Source of the DNA: Gammaproteobacteria bacterium
GTDB lineage: Bacteria > Pseudomonadota > Gammaproteobacteria > Arenicellales > JAANXG01
DNA: 64,000 nt
Reading direction: 5' to 3'
Assembly (NCBI GenBank): GCA_034520625.1
Contig: JAXHNI010000011.1
Coordinates: forward strand, 41,794-105,793
Position 1 is the stretch's first letter, and each line of letters opens with the position of its first letter. Below are positions 25,269 through 35,506 of this stretch, one piece after another. A program made the translations under genes and the position numbers. The notes under the pieces are model-generated. The model ran no database searches. It was not told where the DNA came from and saw nothing but the letters and a program-made list of their open reading frames with translations.

Positions 25269-25380
25269 GGGCCGGCGCCGGGGGCGGTCCCCCAGGGCCG
25301 CTGTGAATACATCCCTGTACGCTCTCGCTCAAACATCCCTGTTTTCGAGAGCCCTGGGGGACCGCCCCCAGCACCGGCCC
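25269..25380 (-). repeat. Dispersed hairpin element copy 3
   Basis: ~29-bp stem plus core with the compensatory CTC/GAG variant. Confidence 0.9.
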
Positions 25381-25443
25381 GAACGGAGGAGGGTGCTGGC
25401 CCGCATATTGCCCCCAGAGAACCTCTGGTCATTCGGACACTTC

Positions 25444-25613
25444 GTCATTGCGAGCGTCGCGAAGCAATCCAATTTACTGGCCAATCAATGGTTCCGGATT
25501 TTCTGACGCCTCGCGCGGGACCGGCTTTCCCGGGAGCAGTCGTACCGGGCGCCGGGCAAGCAGTGTGCCGGGGACTGTTATCTCTGGATTGCTTCGTCGC
25601 TCTGCTCCGCGCG
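25444..25613. repeat. GTCATTGCGAG...GAAGCAATCC / GGATTGCTTCGTCGC inverted repeat element (right arm degenerate)
   Basis: CGAAGCAATCCA (25460-25471) pairs with TGGATTGCTTCG (25585-25596); resembles a palindromic intergenic repeat type I recall from proteobacteria. Confidence 0.6.
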
Positions 25614-25633
25614 CCACGCGAATCAGAACTTCC

Positions 25634-26939
25634 CTAGAACGCCTCCCGGGCCTGCAGGTTCCGGGTGTCGAAAAATTCCCGCAGGGCCCGGTACAGGTAC
25701 TCCGGGTCGCGGGCGCCGCAAGTCTCCCGAATGGAGTGCATGGCGAGCTGCGGGATCCCGACGTCGATGGTCTTGACCCCGATCTCGCCGGCGGTGATGG
25801 GTCCGATGGTGGTGCCGCAGCCCATGTCGGCGCGGGAGGCGAAGTTCTGTACCGGAATGTCCGCCCGCTGGCACAGCGCCGTGAACAGGGCGCCCGTTTC
25901 GCTGTTGGTGGCGTATCGCTGGTTGTGGTTGGTCTTGATCACCGGCCCGGCGTTCAGAAGCGGGTCGTGGTTCTCGTCGTGCCGGTCGGTATAGTTCGGG
26001 TGCAGGCCGTGGGCGTTGTCGGCGGACACCAGCAGTGACCGGTCCATGGCGGCGGTCATGGAGGTGCGGTTTCCCAGCCAGCGGTTGATGACGTCGCGCA
26101 GGAAGGGTCCATCGGCGCCGGCGGCGGACTGGCTGCCGACCTCTTCGTGGTCGTTGCACACGAGTAGGGTGGGCAACTTGTGGTGGTGGTCGATCAGGGC
26201 GCGCATTCCGATGTAGCAGCTCGCCAGGTTGTCCAGCCGCGCGCCGGCGACGAATTCCCCGTTGATGCCGACCCGCGCCGGCGGCTGGGTGTCGTAGAGA
26301 CTCAGCTCGAAGCCGAGGACCATGGCGTCCGCGTGCTCGGGATCCCTGCGGGCCAGCTCCGTGGCCAGCACCGCGCGGAATTCCGGGTGCTTCTCGGCGG
26401 TCCGGAACAGGATGGGCACGGTGTGTGTCTGGGGGTTGATCGAGCGGTTGTTGTTGGCGTCCCGGTCCAGGTGGATGGCCAGGCTTGGGATCACCGCCAC
26501 CGGCCGCTGGAAATCCACCAGCCGGTGAATCAATGACTGGTCGGGAGTCTGCAGGGTGACCCGGCCGGCAATGGAAAGATCCCGATCGAACCAGGGATTC
26601 AACAGCACGCCGCCGTAGACCTCCGCGAGCAGCTGGAAGTAGCCTTTTTTAACGCGCTCCGGCTGCGGCTTGATCTTCAGGCAGGGACTGTCGGTGTGCG
26701 CGCCCACCATGCGGATACCCTGGCCAGGATCTCCGGTGTTGCAGAATGCCACGATGGAGGAGCCGTTGCGTACCACGTAATAGCGCTGGTTCTCCGTGAG
26801 CTTCCAGTTTTCCTGCTCGCGCAGACGTATGAACCCGGCGGCCTCGAGACGCCCGGCCATGTTCGCGACGGCGTGGAACGGCGTGGGGGAGGCCCCCAGG
26901 AATTCGATGAAAGTCGTCGATGAAGGGGTCGGCTGTCAC
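25634..26939 (-). CDS. M18 family (aspartyl) aminopeptidase; apparent 1-nt frameshift near the N-terminus
   Basis: SPTPFHAV, GAHTDSP, NPWFDRDL, RLDNL, DHEEVGS, SADNAHGLHPNY, QLAMHSIRE; the in-frame ATG (26860) lies downstream of SPTPFH. Confidence 0.88.
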
Positions 26940-27091
26940 GGTGGTGGGTCGGTCGGGAAATGGAATTTCCCGAATACTAACCGCAACGCGGTCAAAGCCA
27001 AACCGGCAATTTTTCGATCTGGTACAACCCATCTCCTATGTGTCACCGCTCAGAGGCCCATGGCCCGGTTTGAGAGCAGGCGTAGGAGTAT

Positions 27092-27203
27092 GGGCCGGTG
27101 CGGGGGGCAATCCCCCAGGGCCGCTGTGAATACTTCCGTGTACGCTCTCGCTCAAACATCCCTGTTTTCGAGAGCCCTGGGGGATCGCCCCCCGCACCGG
27201 CCC
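27092..27203 (-). repeat. Dispersed hairpin element copy 4
   Basis: ~29-bp stem plus core with the CTC/GAG variant. Confidence 0.9.
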
Positions 27204-27423
27204 CGCCGCCGATCGTGCGGGCCTTCTAATGCTCCTTTCTGTGAGAGTGCTCCTGGTAAGCGTTCTGGCTATTTACCGCCGAGTGCGCCCGCCTCTGGAA
27301 CGGGAACACCCTGACCATCATCGATTTCACAGTCCGGCACCTGCAAGCCGGTAATGAGTCCGGACGGGTCGCTGCGGTATAGTCGGGAGTTCAGGCTCGA
27401 CGCAGCGCAACCTTTCCTTAACC

Positions 27424-28137
27424 ATGGCCGACGACGACAACCTGCCCGCCAGATCCTCCAGCCGGGACATCCGGGCGTTCGTGGACAAGTCCAAGCAGGT
27501 GCCCGCCAGGACGGGCCCCGGCCCCCGCGGCCGGCTGATCTTCGCCCTGGACGCCACCGCCAGCCGGCAACCCACGTGGGACCGGGCCTGCGGGATACAG
27601 GGCGACATGTTCCGCGCCGCGGACAACCTCGGCGGCCTGGCGGTCCAGTTGTGCTTTTACCGGGGCATGGGCGAATTCAGCGCCAGCCCGTGGTATACGG
27701 TTTCCGACGACGTGGTTCAGCGCATGACGTCGGTATTCTGCCTGGGCGGCCTCACCCAGATCGGCAAGGTGCTCCGACATACGTTGAAGGAAGCGAAAAA
27801 GTCGAAGATCAATGCGCTGGTGTTCATCGGCGACTGCGTCGAGGAGGATCCCGATCAGCTCGCACACCTCGCCGGCCAGATTGGCATACTCGGCGTACCG
27901 GTTTTCCTGTTTCATGAAGGCAACGATCCGAACACTATCCGGGTTTTCAGGCAGATTGCGCAGCTTACACGCGGTGCGGCCTGCCCCTTCGATCACGCCA
28001 GCGCCGGGCAGCTCCGGGACCTGCTGAGCGCCGTCGCGGTCTACGCTTCCGGCGGACGGCGGGCGCTTGAAAAATTCAGCGAAGGTCGGCACGCCTCGGT
28101 CAAGCAGCTTACGCGTCAGCTGGATCCGGATCGCTGA
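27424..28137 (+). CDS. VWA-domain protein
   Basis: LIFALDATASRQPTW MIDAS-like motif, GGLTQI, VFIGDCVEE. Confidence 0.8.
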   Translation: MADDDNLPARSSSRDIRAFVDKSKQVPARTGPGPRGRLIFALDATASRQPTWDRACGIQGDMFRAADNLGGLAVQLCFYRGMGEFSASPWYTVSDDVVQRMTSVFCLGGLTQIGKVLRHTLKEAKKSKINALVFIGDCVEEDPDQLAHLAGQIGILGVPVFLFHEGNDPNTIRVFRQIAQLTRGAACPFDHASAGQLRDLLSAVAVYASGGRRALEKFSEGRHASVKQLTRQLDPDR

Positions 28138-28140
28138 TAC

Positions 28141-28890
28141 ATGACGCGCCTGCTCCTGCTTTTCATCGCGGTCGTTGCGGCCGTCGTGTTCGTCCACTGG
28201 CTGATGAACGAGGATCCAAAGCTCGTCGCCGCCAAGCTGCGTCGCGGCGCTCTGTGGGCCGGGGCCGGGGTGCTGGTTCTGCTGGCGGTTACCGGGCGCC
28301 TGCACTGGCTGTTCGCCGTGCTGGGAGCGGCGGCGCCGTTTGTGGCCCGCCTGCTTTCGCTGCTGCGGTTCGCTCCGCTGTTCAGCCAGCTTTACTCGCA
28401 CTACCAGAACACCCAGAGCGCGAAGGCCGCCGGACTGGGGAACAATCCCGGTGGCCCGGATACGTCCTACGTACGCTCCAAGTTTCTCCATATGACGCTG
28501 GATCACGACAGCGGTGAAATGGACGGCGAAATCCTGCAGGGTGATTTTCAGGGGCAGCGCCTGTCCCAGCTGCCGGTCGGCGATCTCCTGGCACTACTGG
28601 ACGACTACCGGACGGAGGACCAGGATTCGGCGGCGCTGCTGCAGGCGTATCTCGATCGCTACCACGCCGGCTGGGAACAGCAGGGGAGCCAGGAGCGGCA
28701 GGATGCGGATCCCGGCGGCGGGCCGATGAGCCGGGAGGAGGCCGGCCAGATTCTCGGTATCGACCCGGATGCCACGAAGGAGGAGATCATCGCCGCGCAT
28801 CGGCGGCTGATGCAGAAGCTGCATCCCGACCGCGGCGGCTCCGATTATCTCGCGGCCAAGATCAACCAGGCCAAGGATCTGCTGTTGTAG
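28141..28890 (+). CDS. Membrane protein with C-terminal DnaJ (J) domain
   Basis: N-terminal TM helices, [23 protein letters not shown]...[20 protein letters not shown]. Confidence 0.87.
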   Translation: MTRLLLLFIAVVAAVVFVHWLMNEDPKLVAAKLRRGALWAGAGVLVLLAVTGRLHWLFAVLGAAAPFVARLLSLLRFAPLFSQLYSHYQNTQSAKAAGLGNNPGGPDTSYVRSKFLHMTLDHDSGEMDGEILQGDFQGQRLSQLPVGDLLALLDDYRTEDQDSAALLQAYLDRYHAGWEQQGSQERQDADPGGGPMSREEAGQILGIDPDATKEEIIAAHRRLMQKLHPDRGGSDYLAAKINQAKDLLL

Positions 28891-28957
28891 GAGGCGAGCC
28901 CCCTCGCCGATTGCGGCGTAGACCGAAGGAATATCGGCCAGGGGGCTCGCCTCCTAC
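28887..28957. repeat. REPIN-like doublet of GTAG REPs, copy A
   Basis: GTAGGAGGCGAGCCCCCTCGCCGA ... TCGGCCAGGGGGCTCGCCTCCTAC, 71 bp; the GTAG supplies the upstream stop codon. Confidence 0.8.
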
Positions 28958-29020
28958 GGTGGGGGACGGTAACCCCCTCTTGTAGGAGTATGTCTCCGGG
29001 TAATCTTGCCTTTTGTAGCC

Positions 29021-29097
29021 GTGGCTCGGTTTGAGAATCGGTGAAGGGGAATGAGCCAGTGCCGGGGTGGGTTGGAACGCAGCCCCGGCTCACGGCT
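29021..29097. repeat. Degenerate core-less member of the hairpin element family
   Basis: GGCTCGGTTTGAGA outer arm followed by GCCAGTGCCGGGG...CCCCGGC stem remnant. Confidence 0.5.
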
Positions 29098-29103
29098 GAG
29101 CGG

Positions 29104-29994
29104 TCATTCCGGTTTGGCTATGGTATTGCGCAGCACGCCGATGCCTTCGATTTCGCACACCACTTCGTCGCCGGGTTGCAGGAACTCCGGGGGCGTGCGG
29201 GCGAAACCGACCCCGTCCGGCGTGCCGGTGGCGATGATGTCCCCCGCCTCGAGTGTCATGCCCCGGGACAGGGTGCTGATCACCGCGGGTATATCGAAGA
29301 TCATGTGGCGGGTGCTGGAATCCTGCTTGGTTTCGCCGTTGACAGTGCAGCGGATGGCCAGGGCATGGGGGTCGCTGATCTCGTCGGCGGTGACGATCCA
29401 GGGCCCCATGGGGCAGCCGCCGTCCAGGCTCTTGCCGATGAAGAACTGTTTGTGCCGGAACTGCAGGTCCCGGGCGGAAAGGTCGTTCACAACCGTGTAG
29501 CCGAAAACGTGATCCATGGCGCGGGCAGCGTCGATGGCATATCCCGGTTTGCCGATGACCACCCCGAGCTCGACTTCCCAGTCCAGCTGTTCGGTGGCCG
29601 CCGGGTCGTACGGTATTGCGGAGTCCGGGCCGGTGATGCTGGTAACGTTCTTGGTGAACACGATCGGGTGCTCCGGGAGCCGGGCCTCTTGGCCGCCGGC
29701 GGCCGAAGTTTCCTTGACGTGGTCGGCGTAGTTCAGCCCCAGGCACATTACGTTCTTGGCGGGCCTGGGTATCGGTGGGAGCAGCTCGACATCGTTCAGT
29801 GAAAAGGTTGCCCGGTCCTTCTCCGACTCCGAGAGGGCTTCGAGCAGTTGTCCGGCCCTGTTGAAGTCGCGGATGAGCTCGAGCACGCCCGAAAATGCGG
29901 TGAGTCTGGAAATCAGCCCGGGCAGCAGTGCGGTCTGGCCGCGGATGATGGCCAGGTGGCTGCGGTTTTGATAACGACAGGTGGCGACTTTCAT
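29104..29994 (-). CDS. Fumarylacetoacetate hydrolase family protein
   Basis: CLGLNYADH, DWEVELGVVIG, NDLSARDLQ, GDIIATGTPDGVG. Confidence 0.92.
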   Translation of the reverse strand: MKVATCRYQNRSHLAIIRGQTALLPGLISRLTAFSGVLELIRDFNRAGQLLEALSESEKDRATFSLNDVELLPPIPRPAKNVMCLGLNYADHVKETSAAGGQEARLPEHPIVFTKNVTSITGPDSAIPYDPAATEQLDWEVELGVVIGKPGYAIDAARAMDHVFGYTVVNDLSARDLQFRHKQFFIGKSLDGGCPMGPWIVTADEISDPHALAIRCTVNGETKQDSSTRHMIFDIPAVISTLSRGMTLEAGDIIATGTPDGVGFARTPPEFLQPGDEVVCEIEGIGVLRNTIAKPE

Positions 29995-30158
29995 GTGAGC
30001 GGAACCGGGTTCAGGGGCGAATGGCGCCCGCCGCGGGAACACGCCGACGCCGCGCCACGCGGCTCAACCAATTCCCATTCGGGTTATAGGGCTATATGCA
30101 TCCGGATCATATCATCTGCCTCCATCCGCCAAGAAACGGTTCCGGTCTCGACATTGGC

Positions 30159-33100
30159 TCATCGTGAAAGGACCGGGCCACGATTTTCCGGCCCTGTTTC
30201 CGTTCGGACCCCGACCCGCTTCGAGCGCGGCATGGTCAGCCGGTAAAGCAGAGGGATGGCGAACAGCGTCATCAGTGCTGAGAAGGACAGTCCCCATACT
30301 ATGGACGTCGCAACGGGGCCCCACAGCAGGGATTGGCCGCCGAGACCCGTGGCCAGGGAGAGCAGGCCGGCGATGGTGGTCAGCGAGGTAATGATGATCG
30401 GAATAACCCGGCGCCGCGCGGCGTAGACCGTTGCGTGCAGCAGGGACATCCCCGCTGCCAGACGATCGTTGGCGGCTGAAATCAGCACGATCGCCGCGTT
30501 GACCGAAATCCCCGCCAGCGCCACCACGCCGTACAGCGTGAACAGGCTCATGGGATTGCCCGTGATCAGCAGGCCGAGCACGACGCCGGTGAAGGCCATG
30601 GGCAGGGTCACCAGGATCATCAGCGGCTGGAAATAGCTTCTGAACTGCGTGCCGAGGATCAGATAGATCAGTCCGACCCCGAACAGGAACAGGACGTATA
30701 TGGCATCCAGGCTTTCCTGGATGTCATCCAGCTCTCCCTCGAAACTGAGATCGAGGTCGGGGTATTGGTCCCTGATGGATTCCCAGTGCTTGAGCAATGC
30801 CCGGTTGGCCGCCACGGTGTCGATGCGCGCCGCATCGATGTCGGCCTCGACGGTAATGGCGCGCCGGAAGTTGAAATGCCGGATGTTCGCCGGGCCCCGG
30901 GCCTTGTCGGCTTTCAGCAGGGTCTCCAGCGGTACCAGGGCGCCGGATTCGGCCGGCAGCGCGAAGCGCAGCAGTTGGTCCGGGGACTGGTAGGCATCGC
31001 GCCGCGCGCGAATCCGCAGCGCCACTTCCTCGCCGCGGTCCTGCATGGTGGCGGCCACTTCACCGTCCACCAGCAGGCCGACGGTGCGAGCTACCGTCGA
31101 CGGCGGAATGCCGGCTTTCCTGACAGCGTCGGTGTCCATCCTGAGGGAGTACTCGCGCTGTCCGGGAGGTGAATCGTCCGCGACGTCGGTAATGAATTCA
31201 TGGCCATTCAGGAATGTCTTCAGTTCGTCCGCGGCGGCGCGGATTCGATCCAGGTCATCCCCGCGCACCTTGACGCTGATCGGCTTGGCGGTGGGTGGGC
31301 CGCCGGCGAGCCGCAGTATGGTCACCCGTTCGGGGCCGGGGGTGGACGTCACGTCGCCGCGCAGGGCGCCGATCAGCTCGTCCACGCTGCGGAGTTCCGG
31401 GCTTTTCGGCTGCAGCGACACCAGGATCTGGCCGTAGTGGTCGCCGAAGAACGGCGCCGTTTCGGTGAACATCTGGCCGGCGTAGCTCACGATGGAACGG
31501 GTTTCCGCATCCTCGATATGCCGCCTGGCCCGCTCCTCCACTTCCCGCACCGTTGCCATGGTCTTGTCCAGGGGGGTCCCGGTGGGCATGTGGACGTTGA
31601 CGTAGAACAGCCTGATCGGATCGCTGGCGAAGAAATCGAACCGGATGGATGTGGCGCTGGCGGTGACCGCGCCGACGAACAGCGCGAGGATGACCAGCAG
31701 GGCGATCGTGGGGCGACGCATGACCTTGAGCAGCAGCCGCGTATAGCGAAGCCGGATCCAGTGCAGTGCCGAGACGCGGTAGCGGTGTATCCGCGATGGC
31801 CTGTCGAAGCCGACCCGCGCAGCGATGACATGGGCCGGGAGCATCCAGTAGGCCTCCACCAGGCTGATGGCCAGCGCCACGGTAACCACCAGCGGGATGA
31901 CCAGCATGAATTTGCCCAGTATGCCCGGCAGCAGCATCAGCGGCAGGAACGCGGACATGGTGGTGAGCACCGCCGTGGTGACCGGCGCGGCCACCTCCTG
32001 CAGTGCGCGCCGGGTCGCTTCCAGGACTTCGGCGCCGCGCTGCAGCCGGTAGTAGATCGCTTCCACCACCACGACCGCGTCGTCGACGAGCATACCGAGG
32101 CTGATTACGACGCCGAGCAGCACACTTGTATTGAGAGTCTGCCCCGCCTCGCGGAGTATCCAGAACGTCCCCGCCAGGATGAAGGGGATGCCGATGCAGG
32201 TCAGCAGCGCGATCCGGCTGCCGACGAACAGCCAGGTGACGAACAGCACCAGAATCAGCCCCAGCAGCGCATTAGTCTGCATCACGGAGATGGCGTTGTT
32301 GGTGACCTCGGTCTGGTCGTCCGCCAGCACCAGTCGGATGCCGGTGCCCTCCAGCTCGCGGTTCCGCTCGTCGATGTAGGAGCGGATGCGCTCCACCACG
32401 TTCAGGACATTGGCGTCGCCTTTCTTGGTGGCGGCGAGGATTACGGCGGGCTCGCCGTTGAAGCGCACCAGCTGCCGCGGGTCCTCGCGGCCGCGCTCGA
32501 CGGCGGCAAGCGCGCCGATCGGGACTTCCCCTCGCGCAGTGGTCACCGGCAGGGAGGCCAGATGGCCCGGATCGCGGTTCGTGCCCACCAGCCTCACGAG
32601 CCAGTTCTCGTCGCCGATCTCCGCCCGTCCTGCCGACAGGTCGCGGTAGTGGGCCGCCACGGTGTCCACCAGCTCGGTCGGTGCCATCCGGTGCCGCATC
32701 AGCTCCACGGGGTCGAACAGCACCTGCAGCTCGGGTTGGCGCAGGGCGGTATCGAGAATGCGGTCCACGCCGTCGATACGCTCGATATCCTTCATGGCGA
32801 GCTCCGACTGGTAGCGGAGTGGCTCGTCGTCGGCCGGTCCGGTGACCACCACGGTGGCGGTGGGGAAGGCGTTGGCGCTGGTGACCTCGAATATGTAGGG
32901 GTCCTCGACCTCGTCCGGAAGCTCGTCGTCCTTGTTCTGGATCTCCCGACGCAGGTTAGTGACCCGTTGGTCGAATTCCCGTTCGCCGATGTCCTCGAAG
33001 CGGACCAGGATGCTGGATACGCCCTCGCGGCTGTTGCTGGAAACGAAATCGATATCGCTGACGTTGCGCACCGCTTCCTCGAGTACGTCCGTGACCCGGG

Positions 33101-33275
33101 CTTCCACGTCGGTGGCGCTGGCGCCCGGAAATATCGTCGTGATGTCGATCCAGTTGAAGTTGATGGTGGGATCCTGCTGCCGCGGCATCAGCAGGTAGGA
33201 GGCGGTGCCCACGACAATGACCAGGGCGAACAGCAGGTTCGCCAGGACGTGGTTCTGCAATATCCGGAAGTACAT
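30159..33275 (-). CDS. RND efflux transporter permease subunit (AcrB/MdtB family)
   Basis: 1038 aa, FPGASATDVE, LGMLVDDAVVVVEAI, RRVIPIIITSLTT. Confidence 0.93.
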   Translation of the reverse strand: MYFRILQNHVLANLLFALVIVVGTASYLLMPRQQDPTINFNWIDITTIFPGASATDVEARVTDVLEEAVRNVSDIDFVSSNSREGVSSILVRFEDIGEREFDQRVTNLRREIQNKDDELPDEVEDPYIFEVTSANAFPTATVVVTGPADDEPLRYQSELAMKDIERIDGVDRILDTALRQPELQVLFDPVELMRHRMAPTELVDTVAAHYRDLSAGRAEIGDENWLVRLVGTNRDPGHLASLPVTTARGEVPIGALAAVERGREDPRQLVRFNGEPAVILAATKKGDANVLNVVERIRSYIDERNRELEGTGIRLVLADDQTEVTNNAISVMQTNALLGLILVLFVTWLFVGSRIALLTCIGIPFILAGTFWILREAGQTLNTSVLLGVVISLGMLVDDAVVVVEAIYYRLQRGAEVLEATRRALQEVAAPVTTAVLTTMSAFLPLMLLPGILGKFMLVIPLVVTVALAISLVEAYWMLPAHVIAARVGFDRPSRIHRYRVSALHWIRLRYTRLLLKVMRRPTIALLVILALFVGAVTASATSIRFDFFASDPIRLFYVNVHMPTGTPLDKTMATVREVEERARRHIEDAETRSIVSYAGQMFTETAPFFGDHYGQILVSLQPKSPELRSVDELIGALRGDVTSTPGPERVTILRLAGGPPTAKPISVKVRGDDLDRIRAAADELKTFLNGHEFITDVADDSPPGQREYSLRMDTDAVRKAGIPPSTVARTVGLLVDGEVAATMQDRGEEVALRIRARRDAYQSPDQLLRFALPAESGALVPLETLLKADKARGPANIRHFNFRRAITVEADIDAARIDTVAANRALLKHWESIRDQYPDLDLSFEGELDDIQESLDAIYVLFLFGVGLIYLILGTQFRSYFQPLMILVTLPMAFTGVVLGLLITGNPMSLFTLYGVVALAGISVNAAIVLISAANDRLAAGMSLLHATVYAARRRVIPIIITSLTTIAGLLSLATGLGGQSLLWGPVATSIVWGLSFSALMTLFAIPLLYRLTMPRSKRVGVRTETGPENRGPVLSR

Positions 33276-33285
33276 CCGCGTCGCT

Positions 33286-34287
33286 TCAGTCGACGACTGT
33301 CACCGGGTCGCCGTCGCGCAACCCCTGGCGGCCGTCCGTCACCACCCGGGTATCCGGGGGCAGGTCCACCATGGCGGGCCTGCCCTCCTGGGCGCGGGGC
33401 AGGGGGTGATAGACCGCCCGGCCGTTGCGCGCGATGAATATGCCCAGCGAGCCACCTCGCTGCACCAGAAGGCCCGCGGGCACGCCCGGTTCCCGGCCGT
33501 GCCAGACCAGGCGTCCGCTGGCGCCCACCGGCGCCGCCTGCTCCACGAATGTCAGGCGCACCTCCTGGGTACGCGACACCGGATCGATTACCGGCGAGCG
33601 GCGTGCGGTGGTCACCGGGTACTCCTGATCCAGGAAACTGAAAACCACCCGGGGGCTCGCATCCAGATGAGCGAGCTCCGCCGGAAACACCTGGGCGGCG
33701 ACTTCGATGGTATCCAGGTCCACGATCTCCAGCAGCGGGGTGCCGGGCCGGGCAAGCTCCCCCAGTGAGGCGTGGCGCTCGGTGACGGCTCCGGCAAACG
33801 GGCTCTGGATGCTGCACCGGCTCACCGCCAGCGCTGCCTGGTCCAAGCCGCCCTGGACCCGTCTCATCCGGGCTTCGGCGGCCTCCACGTCGGTCCTGCG
33901 CTGCTCCAGCAGGTCTTCGGAAAGCAGTTGCCTGGGCGCCAGCGTTTCACTGCGTGCGAGCTGCTGGCGGGCGCGCTTCAGCTGCACCTGCGCGCTTTCC
34001 AGTTCTGCCTCTGCTTGCAGCCGGGCGAGCTCGTTGTCCGAGCAATCCAGCATCACGATGACCTGGCCGGCCTCCACAGTATTGCCCACGTCCACCGCAA
34101 TGGCTTGGATCCGCGCCTCGATCCGGGCGCTGATTTGCGAGCGGTTGGCGCTTACCGCTTCCGCGGGGGCGGTGAAAACGACGGGGGACAGCAGGGTGGA
34201 CAGTTCCCGGACCTGCACCGGCGTCCCGTCCTGTGCGAATGCCGAGGCGATGCCAAGCAGCCACAGCGTCAAGATGCGTCTGGTCAC
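33286..34287 (-). CDS. RND membrane fusion protein (start approximate)
   Basis: Signal-like segment, VDVGNTVEAGQ, coiled hairpin, IQSPFAGAV, VVTDG..LRDGDPV. Confidence 0.88.
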   Translation of the reverse strand: MTRRILTLWLLGIASAFAQDGTPVQVRELSTLLSPVVFTAPAEAVSANRSQISARIEARIQAIAVDVGNTVEAGQVIVMLDCSDNELARLQAEAELESAQVQLKRARQQLARSETLAPRQLLSEDLLEQRRTDVEAAEARMRRVQGGLDQAALAVSRCSIQSPFAGAVTERHASLGELARPGTPLLEIVDLDTIEVAAQVFPAELAHLDASPRVVFSFLDQEYPVTTARRSPVIDPVSRTQEVRLTFVEQAAPVGASGRLVWHGREPGVPAGLLVQRGGSLGIFIARNGRAVYHPLPRAQEGRPAMVDLPPDTRVVTDGRQGLRDGDPVTVVD

Positions 34288-34378
34288 TTTATTTCGAGTC
34301 ACTCGATGTAGCCCTCGGTGAGCCGCCGGTTGCCTCCCCCCACGCATCCCGGGAGCGGCGGTTCCCGCGGCGGGTTAT

Positions 34379-34729
34379 TCAACCGTCGAAATAGATGTCC
34401 GGCGCGTCGTCGAGCTCGGGCCGCCATCGGTACCGCTCCAGATCGACACGTCCCGCCGCGAAGGGGATGTCCTCGGCAACGAGCCGGTCGCGCTGCCGCC
34501 GGTACTGATCGCTGTCCGGCGGAAACGATATACGTCCCTGCGCATTGATGACCCGGTGCCAGGGGAGTACGCGGTCGTCCGGCGTTCTGTGCAGGGCGTA
34601 GCCGACCATACGTGCGCGCTTGCCGAGCCCCGCCAGCCGGGCGATCTGGCCATACGTGGCCACGCGGCCATGGGGGATGCGGGAAACCATTTGCCAGATC
34701 TTCTCGTAGGCGGACAACTCGTCGGCCAC
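34379..34729 (-). CDS. Alkyltransferase-like protein (ATL/YbaZ, MGMT family)
   Basis: IPHGRVATYGQIA and PWHRV (Trp replaces the catalytic Cys). Confidence 0.9.
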   Translation of the reverse strand: MADELSAYEKIWQMVSRIPHGRVATYGQIARLAGLGKRARMVGYALHRTPDDRVLPWHRVINAQGRISFPPDSDQYRRQRDRLVAEDIPFAAGRVDLERYRWRPELDDAPDIYFDG

Positions 34730-34944
34730 GCTGATGTCCCTTGCGCTGAATCGGCTCGCGGAATATAGGGACAGTCTTGAGCGGGATCAAGTGTCGACAA
34801 AGATATACGCGTCAAGCGGTGGTTGGTCGACGCCGCACGGGCATGGTTTCGAGATGATATTTGCTTCGATGGGCGTGCCGTGTCCAGCGGGTCTTGCCGG
34901 TTTTGAAACGCCCTGGTGAACGCCTTTCCCGTCGGTTTCGCCCT

Positions 34945-35472
34945 TCAGCGCTGCGCGAAACCCGGTACGAGCTTGGGCGGCCCCAGCACCCAGGAGCCGT
35001 CCGCTGTCAGGCACCGGGTGCCGTAGGCTTCGCGCTGGCGGTCGTCGATCTCGATGGTGGTGGTGTACTCCCGGGTCATGCGGCAGTCGTGGCCGGGAAA
35101 ATCTGTATTCTGCCGGATCACGACGCGTTGCGGCGCCGGGCGCACCGGTATGTACTCCCGGTATGCGGGGCTGCGGTAACCGTACCCGCGGGCGTCGTAA
35201 TGGCGGTAGTAAACGGTGCCGCCCCGATGGTAAGGCCCGTGGTCATAGCGGTATCGGGAGTAGGTCCGCCGGTGGTGCCGGTCCTCGCTGATGAGATAGC
35301 CGAAAAGCCCGCCCACGACCAGCCCCGCCAGGAGTGCCCCGGCGTCCCCACCGCCGTGGTGGCGGTGATGATAGTGGCCGCCCCAGTGGTGGCGGCCGCC
35401 GTAGCCGCCGGCCAGGGCGGTGGCCGGAAGCGCGGCGCAGAGTGTCAGTACGAGAATATGCTTGAGCATCAT
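34945..35472 (-). CDS. Exported glycine-zipper / surface-antigen-like protein
   Basis: Signal peptide, His/Gly/Tyr-rich stretch, GALLAGLVVGG, REYTTTIEID..AYGTRC..DGSW. Confidence 0.72.
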   Translation of the reverse strand: MMLKHILVLTLCAALPATALAGGYGGRHHWGGHYHHRHHGGGDAGALLAGLVVGGLFGYLISEDRHHRRTYSRYRYDHGPYHRGGTVYYRHYDARGYGYRSPAYREYIPVRPAPQRVVIRQNTDFPGHDCRMTREYTTTIEIDDRQREAYGTRCLTADGSWVLGPPKLVPGFAQR

Positions 35473-35506
35473 CGGGCACCTCGGCGTTCGGAATCGACCG
35501 GAAAGG

